DNA from: Pecten maximus | Lineage: Eukaryota | Reading direction: 5' to 3' | Assembly (NCBI RefSeq): GCF_902652985.1 | Contig: NC_047030.1 | Location: 18,600,001 to 18,664,000, forward strand | DNA: 64,000 nt | Shown here: positions 28,001 to 40,000 of the stretch, piece after piece | Layout: each line of letters begins with the position of its first letter | Numbering within the stretch: position 1 is the first letter of the stretch | The notes under the pieces: generated by a model | Seen by the model: the letters and a program-made list of their open reading frames with translations, nothing else | Told to the model about the DNA's origin: nothing | Databases searched by the model: none | Position numbers and translations under genes: made by a program

Positions 28001-31000
28001 TATCTGATATAACTTGATTCTAGTCGACACTTACCTGGGTCACCCATATGTTTACACTGTATATGTATATCTGATATAACTTGATTCTAGTTAACACTTA
28101 CCTGGGTCACCCATATGTTTACACTGTATATGTATATCTGATATAACTTGATTCTAGTTAACACTTACCTGGGTCACCCATATGTTTACACTGTATATGT
28201 ATATCTGATATAACTTGATTCTAGTTAACACTTACCTGGGTCACCCATATGTTCCATGACCCAGTTCATGGCAGCCTCTGCTCCACTGTTGTTAGTGTTG
28301 AATATGGCTCGTTTACAGCCTTCAAAAGGAAAGCCCATGTCCATGAGTTGGGCCACCACTGCTTCATCTATCTCTACAACTGTAAACAATAATGTATGAA
28401 CATTTATGAGGAATTCTAATTTTTGAAATTTTGCAGATGAAGAATTTTAGATTTTGGTTTGTTTGGTTTGTTTTTTTTTAACGTCCTATTAACAGCCAGG
28501 GTCATTTAAGGACGTGCCAGGTTTTGGAGGTGGAGGAAAGCCGGAGTACCCGGAGAAAAACCACCGGCCTACGGTCAGTACCTGGTAACTGCCCCACGTA
28601 GGTTTCGAACTCGCAACCCAGTGGTGGAGGGCTAGTGTTAAAGTGTCAGTACACCATACTTGCCAACTTATTAAAATTCTCATGGGGGAGAAAGTGTGTG
28701 AGCGACATTTTTGACCGGAAAACACATTTCACACGCGACACATCTAGCAAACAAAAACTAAGGGGAGATAATTTGCTATTGAAAAATAAATTCCTTGCAT
28801 GAACACTTACTTCCCTCACTTAAATAAAAAAGAAAAGGGGGTAAAAACTTTCTTCAAGATTGGCCAATGATCTTTTTTATTCAAGTTTGGGAAGATAATT
28901 ATATAAGCAACAAGTTACAAGAAAATAGATGCAAAATTACATCATTTTTAATTATTTCTGGAAATGATTTAACTCACTGTTCACTCTAAATAAAAGTATA
29001 ACAATATAATATCTGAATGAAATTTCAAATGTTTCCTTTGGTTTAAAACAAAGACAATGATACAAACAAGAGATCCCAGAGGGATCTTGGCGCCCACCAT
29101 TGAATGATCTTCATAGGTTCCATGTCAGATTGATCTTTTCTCTACTTTTCCCTTCTTTTAAGTCTTACTAATCTGTGTAAATTCAGAAACAGCCCTCTAT
29201 AGCTAGTACTTTTCAAACAAGGGGAAGCTATATATAAAATTTAAGATTTAGCGATAATGGCTGTCTGTCGACCATGTTGTTTTTGGATTGGTCCCAATAT
29301 GCAAAACTAGGCACTAAGGGGAACATACATATGAAATTTGAGAAAGATCCCTTGAGTGCTTTCTGAGAAATAGCGATAACAAACTTCAATTGTCAAAATC
29401 CAAGATGGCTGCCTGTCGGCCATGTTGTTTTCTGATTAGTTTCAAAATGCAATATGCATAACTAGGCACCAAAGGGAACCTACATATGAAATTTGAGAAA
29501 GATCCCTTCAGAACTTTCTGAGAAATAGTGATAACAAACTTCAATTGTCAATATCCAAGATGGCTACCTGTCAGCCATGTTGTTTTCTGATTGGTCTCAA
29601 AATACAATATGCATAACAAGGCACTGAGGGGAACGTATGTATGAAATTTGAGAAAGATCCCTTCATTACTTTCTGAGAAATAGCGATAACAAACTTCAAT
29701 TGTCAAAATCCAAGATGGCTGCCTGTCGGCCAGGTTGTTTTCCGATTGGTCTCAAAATGCAATATGCATAACTAGGCAACAAGAGGAACCTACGTATGAA
29801 ATTTGAGAAAGATCCATTCATCACTTTCTGAGAAATAGCGATAACAAACTTCAATTGTCAAAATCCAAGATGGCTGCATGTCGGCCATGTTGTTTTCCGA
29901 TTGGTCTCAAAATGCAATATGCATAACTAGGCACCAAGGGGAACCTACATATGAAATTTGAGAAAGATCCCTTCAGTACTTTCTGAGAAATAGAGATAAC
30001 AAACTTCAATTGTCAAAATCCAAGATGGCTGCCTGTCGGCCATGTTGTTTTCCGATTGGTCTCAAAATGCAATATGCATAACTAGGCACCAAGTGGAACC
30101 TACATATGAAATTTGAGAAAGATCCCTTCAGTGCTTTCTGAGAAATAGCGATAACAAACTTCAATTGTCAAAATCCAAGATGGCTGCCTGTCGGCCATGT
30201 TGTTTTCTGATTGGTCTCAAAATGCAATATGCGTAACTAGGTACCAAGTGGAACCTAAATATGAAATTTGAGAGAGATCCCTTCAGTACTTTCTGAGAAA
30301 TAGCGATAACAAACTTCAATTGTCAAAATCCAAGATGGCTGCCTGTCGGCCATGTTGTTTTCTGATTGGTCTCAAAATGCAATATGCATAACTAAGCACC
30401 AAGAGGAACCTACATATGAAATTTGAGAAAGATCCCTTCATTACTTTCTGAGAAATAGCGATAACAAACTTCAATTGTCAAAATCCAAGATGGCTGCCTG
30501 TCGGCCATGTTGTTTTCCGATTTGTCTCAAAATGCAATATGCATAACAAGGCACAAAGGGGAACCTACATATGAAATTTGAGAAAGATCCCTTCAGTACT
30601 TTCTGAGAAATAGCGATAACAAACTTCAATTGTCAAAATCCAAGATGGCTGCCTGTCGGCCATGTTGTTTTCCGATTGGTCTCAAAATGCAATATGCATA
30701 ACTAGGCACCAAGGGGAACCTACATATGAAATTTGAGAAAGATCCCTTCAGTACTTTCTGAGGATTAGCGATAACAAGAATTGTTTACGGACGGACGGAG
30801 GGACGGACGGACGGAGGGACGGACGGACGGAGGGACGGACGGACGGACGGACGACGGACCACGGACGCAGGGCGATTTGAATAGCCCACCATCTGATGAT
30901 GGTGGGCTAAAAATAAAAAGGGCTGTACTAGCAGTTGTACTCAGTGCTTTGTAGGTGGGGACTGATACTTAAATTCTTAGTTTTTAACATGACAGTATTT

Positions 31001-34000
31001 AGTTTAAGAAAGTGAGTATTTGTGGACATGTTTTTGTCTTTCAAAATAAGAATTGGGAAAGTTTCTGCTAAAATAAGTCTCTGCTAATTGACACTAAGTA
31101 TGCTGATGATACGGTGATTGAAACGACTATATGTTACCTACCGGCAACTAGGCAAATGGTCGTTATTGTGAATTTATTTCCTTGTGCCAATTATTTAAAG
31201 ATCAGCCAATGTTTAAATGTAGTTAACATTTCAATAAGTAATCTGTCACATTCGATACTCCGTTGATAACATTGTCAGTGTTATTTTCACTTTTTCTGTC
31301 CCAAGATATTACGGTGTCTGTTTACTGTCAAATAGAGGTCGTTTATGCGCTTGACATCAAAGGCAGTATACGAAGCCATCTGCAAGCGTTTAATCAACCG
31401 TGATCGACCTGCTACGAAACAATCACCACGCGTCCTCAGCTTAATTGGTTTTAATTAATTGTTTATTTATCGGGGTATTGTCACCCTTGCAGTCAGTCAA
31501 GTGTCAGAATTTCGTTACGGTCTGTGAGCAGGTCAGTTAACTGACCAAACATATGTCTTTCACCAGCCAGCAAGCGTTACCTGTCATAGGCCTAAGTGAA
31601 ACTAACAAGATGAATAGGGGCTCCATACGGGGTTATCAAGACATATTCTCCAAAATCGGGAGAATACCCTATGTTTTATCTGTACGATCGGGAGACGGGG
31701 CAGAGAGTCTGGAATCGGGAAATTCCCGACTAAATCGGGAAAGTTGGCAAGTATGGTACACCTTAACCACTCGGCCACCGCGGCCCCAAGAATTTTAGAT
31801 GGCAGAATATATGCGATAAGCTCAAGTAAAATTGATGTACATTCTTATTTCAATACAGGGACTTAACGTTTGATACAGTTGGACACCAAACTTAATTTTA
31901 ACATGAACCACAAGGGAAAACTAAGATCCTGTCTTTACTTCAGATAGGTCCTCCAGAATCCCACGAAATGCGTGCACATATCACTAGTCATAGCGTGATC
32001 AACTTACAGAATGGGTTGGATGTAAACAATTTTATTTGATCAACTTCATGCAGTTTCATCACTATGTAACATCTTAATATTATTTTGGGTGTTTTTGGTA
32101 ACATTAATAAGTCTGAACTCCAGTAATTAGGTGTTGAACCCAGGGAGGTCTGATTTTACCATTGACAATTAGGCGCACATGAATTACGCCATTTTGGATT
32201 AGTCCAAATCACCTAAAGTAGTAGTGGAGTTTGACTTTCTGAGTAAACTAGGATTTTACTCATAGCTTTTGCTTCAGAGAAACTCATTGACAGTTTCAGA
32301 ATGCTCTAACATATGATAGGAAAATTCAACATACTTTCCTCAAAAATACCTAACACCAGTCACATGTATATCTCTCCACCAATAAGAAATGCCCAGATAC
32401 TAGAGAAAACAACAAATTACCAGGAGCTGAGTCTTGTTCCTGTGGTAACTCTTCCTCTCCTGGCAGTAGGCCACGCCCCCTCAGTGATGATAGATCTAAC
32501 TCCTCAGGCACATCTATAGAAACATCTGTAAGGGAATATGACAGTCCGTGCATAAGACAAATGATGTGTGATATTTAAAACCTAATATCATATCATATCC
32601 ATGACATATGACCTAACCCAATGTCATATCATATCAATGACATATGTCCTAATATGTCATATCATATTAATGACATATGACCTAACCAAAAGTCACGTGA
32701 CATCACTAACATATGACCTAACCAAATGTCATATCATATCAATGACATATGACCTAACCAAATGTCATGTGACATCACTAACATATGACCTAACCAAATG
32801 TCATATCAGAATAATGACATGACCTAACGTTATATAAATACAGTATTTCCTAACATAAACCTAATGTCGTTAATAGCATATTTTCTAGCTTAATGTCAGA
32901 ACAATATCTTAACATAATGTCAAAATAATGTGGTGTATCAAAACTTAATGTCATACCAAAGTCCTTCCTGAATGTCACACCAAGGTCATAATTCCTAATA
33001 TAATGTCAATTCAATGTCTTTATTTCATAAACTTAGGTAATTATACTTTTCATAATTTCAAAACCTTTGTCACATTAAAGTCTAATGTTGCCTTATCTCG
33101 GGTTATATCAAATCATGTCTTCTAATGAAATATGACATGAACGTCATGTCTCCTGATGAAATATGACATGAACATCATGTCTCTTGATGAAATATGACAT
33201 GAACATCATGTCTCCTGATGAAATATGACATGAACATCATGTCTCCTGATGAAATATGACATGAACATCATGTCTCCTGATGAAATATGACATGAAGGTC
33301 ATGTCTCCTAATTTGGAATTCAGCCTATCTTTACAACTGTTTTTATTTTCTGTCTGTTTATAATTGGTTATTTCTGTGTACTTACCCAGTTTTTTAGGAA
33401 CCCAGTCTTCCCCAACTGTGAATTTCTTTAACTGTACCAACAAGTAATCAGGAAATGAAAAAAGACGTGTGGTTCTGAAAATAAAATGATCGTGTTGTAA
33501 CAGCAATTTAACAACTTTTACACTCGATAAACATAATTCAACTCGATATATAAACATATGTCTCCTCTAGTTTTTGATCCAGATACTTGGTTGTCATACA
33601 TTTCTCTTATCTAAAAGTGAAGGTCATGACAACCTAATTATAATATACTGCTGTGTACTGCCAGGGGATGATACAGATGTACTTCACGATTGATTATATA
33701 TCTGTAATGGTGTTAAACTTACAGCATAGACAAAAATTAAACCTGCATGAAAGTTTAATTTCTGTGTACAGCTGTTTAAAATGTGAATAGGCTAATTACA
33801 GTTTAACAACAATTTTAAAATCTTGAAAAAATCATTTCTGGAAAAACTAACTTGACAATATCTTATTGAACTTAAAGCACTCGTCAATCTCTTTTTATTA
33901 CACACATAGGTTTGAAGTAAAGAAGAAATGAGATTTTCGCTAATAAAGTGATTAAGCTAATCACCTTTTGAACAATTGGGCCCTGATGGTGATGACAGTG

Positions 34001-37000
34001 CCATGCCTATATTACACTATACATTGTCTTCGTGATGCAGAAATACTCAAGTTTATCAACAAGAACTTATAGTAAATTTTTGAAATTTGGTTGATATTTC
34101 AGTTTCAACTAAGATAGAGTCATGATGTACTGTATACTTTCTATGGCATGTACATGTACATGTAAACTAATAGTATAGTCTATATAAGTCTTATGAAGAA
34201 GTCGTCATCAATTTAAAATCTACAGCTACTAAAATGATCAGTAAACCATTCATATTTGTCAATGAAAACTGATTTAAAAAATAAAATAAATGAAAGAAAG
34301 TACAAAATTGATGTGAAAGAGAAATTTCCCTAAAATAGCAGTATTGGGACTTTCCTCATTTCTTACTTTCTAGCAGTACATTTTCCTTTCAATGCAGAAC
34401 TGTAAAAGTCATCAACTATTTCGTCAGCTTGGAAACATTGGAGACAGGCAGACATCGGAATTCTAGGCCGTACAAGCTCTTTTGGATCCCTAAATTTAAA
34501 AGGAAGTTTTGGTACAACATTAATCACAGCAACAAGTTGTTTGTATTTCTCTTTTCAAGAAATGCTGTTTACTGCTTTTCCAGTAAAACATCTACCCCAC
34601 CCCAGGACTCCAGGTTTTGTTAAGGGGTACCACCTATAGAATTTACTTAATTAATTACATAGAAGTAATAGGAAGGCAATCCAACCATGGATAGAAGTGA
34701 TTTATTGTGGAGTCCTTGGGTCAGGTAGATATTTTAATGGAATAGCCCGAATGAGCATTTAATGTGTATTTGTGTAAAACACAATGAGGGTCACTTTCAT
34801 TTTATTCTCTATGAAACAGCATGTAGGATAACAATAAGAGTCATCCTCTTTTTGTCCTAAAATTACATTTTTTTGCTGAAATAAACCATGTTTACTGCTT
34901 AATGAGCATTTATTGACTGTATTTGTATAAAGATAAGGAACATGGAGTCATATTTTTTGGTAATTTCATTACAACTTGTGCTGGGAAATATATAAATAAG
35001 CAAAATTTCAATAAAAACACTACAGAACATGGTACATCAATTTCGATCACCATAAATAATAAACCTACATTCTTTTTCCTGCTGCTTCTACTTCCTTCTT
35101 CTTTGCTTCATACTGTGCAACTTCATCTGTTAACAACACAGATCAGGTTAATCTTGTACATCATGTCGACATATACACCAACTACACTTAAGGGGGCTGG
35201 ATTAAAACAGATCATTTATCATTTGGTGGTTACCTATTTTTAACAATGTATTGTTTGTTGACTAGGTTTATTGCCCTTTGAACAGCTGAGGTCATTTTTA
35301 GGTAGGGTCTTGTTTAGGGTTAGATACCGTTAAGAACGAAATGATACGATACCGATACCAAAGGAACGATACCGATACATATCAATACCAATATCAAAAC
35401 TCTTTGGAGTGATGACAAAATGATACGATACCGATACCAAAGGAACGATACCGACACATATCAATACCAATATTAAAACTCTTTGGAGTGATGACAAAAT
35501 AATATGATACCGATACCAAAGGAACGATACCGATACATATCAATACCAATATCAAAACTCTTTGGAGTGATGACAAAATGATACTATACCAATACCAAAG
35601 GAACGATACCAATACTTTATCAATACCGATATCAAAACTCTTTGGAGTGATGACAAAATAATATGATACCGATACCAAAGGAACGATACCGATACTTTGG
35701 AGTGATGACAAAATAATATGATACCGATACCAAAGGAACGATACCGATACATATCAATACCAATATCAAAACTCTTTGGAGTGATGACAAAATAATATGA
35801 TACCGATACCAAAGGAACGATACCGATACATATCAATACCAATATCAAAACTCTTTGGAGTGATGACAAAATAATATGATACCGATACCAAAGGAACGAT
35901 ACCGATACATATCAATACCAATATCAAAACTCTTTGGAGTGATGACAAAATGATACGATACCGATACCAAAGGAACGATACTGATACATATCAATACCAA
36001 TATCAAAACTCTTTGGAGTGATGACAAAATAATATGATACCGATACCAAAGGAACGATACCGATACTTTGGAGTGATGACAAAATAATATGATACCGATA
36101 CCAAAGGAACGATACCGATACATATCAATACCAATATCAAAACTCTTTGGAGTGATGACAAAATAATATGATACCGATACCAAAGGAACGATACCGATAC
36201 ATATCAATACCAATATCAAAACTCTTTGGAGTGATGACAAAATAATATGATACCGATACCAAAGGAACGATACCGATACATATCAATACCAATATCAAAA
36301 CTCTTTGGACACGAAAAAATATAAAAGCAATAAAACTTTTAATTTGAAAAAATTATCCTTTACATGTATATTTATTTATTATCTAGTTGATTTATTGTGT
36401 GTTTTTACTTGTTTTTACTTTATAATCAATATCAGTCTCTTATGATAATTTGATAGAGTCTAAAACAACTACGTAGTTCATTTCATCAGAAAACTCGTCA
36501 TTTACCATTATAATTAAATGCCTAACTGGGAACAGTTTTGGAAGCAGTGGAAAGTCCAGCTATGTTGTAACAGTTGTAAATAATGGGGAAAAAACATATG
36601 AAACAAACTGGCGATCTCTTACTTGTGTTTCCACCGACAATCACGGGTCTACTTTTGTTTTGAATGTTCACGGCTATACAGTATATTTGAAATTTTCACA
36701 TTAAGTTAATTATATATATATTTTATTCGGAAACATGAGATAGGCAATCTCAAAGAGATTTAAATCTTTAGTAAGACATTGATTTATGATTATGACATTT
36801 CATCACGCACAACAAAGTTGAAACATTTGGATACATAACTACAAGTTGGCTAGGATCGATGTTAACATCCAAATGGCAGTAAAAATGCTACACCATTTTG
36901 GGAAGTGTCTGAAACATTCATCGAACAAAATAACAGTTTTCATCAGTTTTTTACGTCATATTTTAATGTTTTTATTCTTGAAAATACAGATAAGGGTACC

Positions 37001-40000
37001 GGTATTTTTTTTAAAGGAGTACGTACCGGTATTTTGTGAAATGAGTATTGGTACGATACCGGTACTCTGGTTGGAAATACCAGTACAGAGTACCGGTATC
37101 CAACCCTAGTCTTGCTGTAGTAGCTTGTGGCTAGTTCACACCTGTACAATATAACATACCTTTATTAATGGCAGCCTCCAGAGGTACAGGCAGTGCGAGA
37201 CAATAATCACATCTGTTGGTATATTTTACTTTGTGACTCTGCATGCATTCTACTCTCTCCTCCACTTGGAATTTCATACTCGCAGATGGATTGACCTGTC
37301 CACCATTGTTTCTCTGAAAAATCATCATTTTCTCCTTTTCTTCAGACCAATCGCTTACTTTTCCCCCATCAGATTGATAAAATACAAAATTGACTGATAA
37401 AATTTTATGATTTAAGCTTTTTATTATCAAACTGTACAAATACGGTCTGTAGTTCCTACAAGGTATATTACATTTATATACTGGAGAAATACAGAGACCA
37501 ATGCGTAGAGCTTTTCTAATAAAGCGTTTATCACTGTGAGACAGACAGAGTAATACACTACATTACAATTAGTACCTACCTCAATCAGGTTCACTAAATG
37601 CAGGAAGAACTCTTGGGCATCCTGTTGGCGTTTGGTGGAAAACTCTGGATGTCCATGTCCTATCAGAGTCTTAAACATCTGAGGACGTACACCTGTCGGA
37701 GTCTGAAAATTGAACAAAATAGGTATATAGTCATGGTAACACAGAGAATGTATATCTAAGTAGGGAGGAGAGGAGAGGGGGGCAGGATATATGTCTAAAG
37801 TGGGAGGAGGGAGGGGGCAGGATATGTCTAAGTAGGGAGGAGGGGGAGAGGCAAGGATATATGTCTAAGTAGGGAGGATGGGGAGGGGGAGGGGCAAGGA
37901 CAGATGTCTATGTAGGGAGGAGGGGCCTGGGTATATGTCTATGTAGGGGGGAGGGGCCAGGATGTATGTCTAAGTAGGGGGCAGGATATATGTCTAAGTC
38001 GGGAGGAGGGGAGGGGGAGGGGCCTGGGTATATGTCTAAGTAGGGGGAGGGGCCAGGATGTATGTCTAAGTAGGGAGTAGGGAGGGGGAGGGGCAAGGAT
38101 ATATGTCTTAGTAGGGGGGAGGGGCCAGGATGTATGTCTAAGTAGGGAGTCGGGGGGAGGAGCCAGGATGTATGTCTAAGTAGGGAGGAGGGGAGAGGGG
38201 GCAGGATATATATCTAAGTAGGGAGTAGGGGCAAGGATAAATGTCTAAGTAGGGAGTAGGGGGGAGGGGCCAGGATATATGTCTTAGTAGGGAGGAGGGG
38301 AGAGGGGACTGGATATATGTCTAAGTAGAGGGAGGGGGCCAGGATATATGTCTTAGTAGGGGGGAGGGGCCAGGATATATGTCTAAGTAGGGAGTAGGGG
38401 GGAGGGGCCAGGATATATGTCTTAGTAGGGAGGAGGGGAGAGGGGACTGGATATATGTCTAAGTAGAGGGAGGGGCCAGGATATATGTCTTAGTAGGGGG
38501 GAGGGGCCAGGATATATGTCTTAGGAGGGAGGAGGGGGGAGGGGACTGGATATATGTCTAAGTAGGGGGAGGGGGCTGGATATATGTCTAAGTAGGGGGA
38601 GGGGGCCAGGATGTATGTCTAAGTAGGGGGAGGGGGCCAGGATATATGTCTTAGTAGGGGGGAGGGGCCAGGATATATGTCTTAGGAGGGAGGAGGGGGG
38701 AAGGGGACTGGATATATGTCTAAGTAGGGGGAGGGGGCCAGGATGTATGTCTAAGTAGGGGGAGGGGCCAGGATATATGTCTAAGTAGGGAGTAGGGGGG
38801 AGGGGCCTGGATATATGTCTTAGGAGGGAGGAAGGGGGAGGGGCCAGGATATATGTCTAAGTAGGGGGAGGGGGCCAGGATGTATGTCTAAGTAGGGGGA
38901 GGGGGCCAGGATATATGTCTTAGTAGGGGGGAGGGGCCAGGATATATGTCTAAGTAGGGAGTAGGGGGGAGGGGCCAGGATATATGTCTAAGTAGGGAGG
39001 AGGGGGGAGGGGCCAGGGTATATGTCTAAGTAGGGAGGAGGGAGAGGGGCCAGGATGTATGTCTAAGAAGGGAAGAGGGGGGAGGGGACAGGATGTATGT
39101 CTAAGTAGGGAGTAGGGGCCTGGGGAGGGGCCAGGATGTATGTCTAAGTAGGCAGTAGGGGGGAGGGGGGCAGTTAAGTTAATAAAACATAGTCATACTG
39201 ACACCACAAGTAAATAGGTTGATATGAAATAGGTCATATGTAAATTCTACAGTTGAATTAAGTTTAAGATCTTGCTTAAGTTTCCTTTGGAAGTATGATA
39301 CTACAGAAATATCCATTACCACGATGTTTTCGTTGACTCCCTCTGGGGGAGGCTTGGAATACTCTCCACTGTTGAGGCCTAATCCTAATTTGGCCCTGTT
39401 GAGACAAAGCATATTGTATCTACATTACACATACTATTGTTTTATGTGCAGCAAAGTTTTCGTTGTTACTGTACACATACATAATAACTGTATATTATTT
39501 GAGCATTGTATCTACATTACACATACTATTGTTTTATGTGCAGCAAAGTTTTCGTTGTTACTGTACACATACATAATAAATGTATATTATTTGAGCAGTA
39601 ATCTTATTTTAGGCCTGTTGTTGTTGTTGTAAGACTTCCTCTATATTATGATTGCTCTAGCTGCAGTTTCTGAATATTGTTTTCTATGACAAGCATGGTG
39701 GTTATGTCAATTCATCTTTGCAATTTTTCTCTGTCAATTTTTGCGTGAAATTTTGAAGGGGTGTCAAGAATGCACATTTACACTATCATTAAATAATGTG
39801 TCATACAAGATTTACACTTGTATATCTGTATACACAATGATACATAGTAGATAATTTATCAAGATATAGCGATTTTTATGTAAGCCACTTTATAGTAATT
39901 CCTGATATCATATTATGTGACTGGAGAATACCATTATGATGATCTGAGGATCTATCAGTGTCCTAAGATTGTACTCACATCTGAACTATGAAGTCAGAAG

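Larger units (their letters stand above)
28453..31787 (-). mobile_element. V-domain-like tRNA SINE split by a 3.1-kb insertion (SINE halves 31787-31757 and 28653-28453)
   Basis: The halves rejoin to match 4172-4385; 13-bp TSD AAGAATTTTAGAT at 28440-28452 and 31788-31800. Confidence 0.92.

Noticed and set aside
35394-36240. Hydrophobic 'membrane protein' ORFs
   Set aside because: Translations of the 79-bp repeat inside a hAT-like element in a USP5 intron
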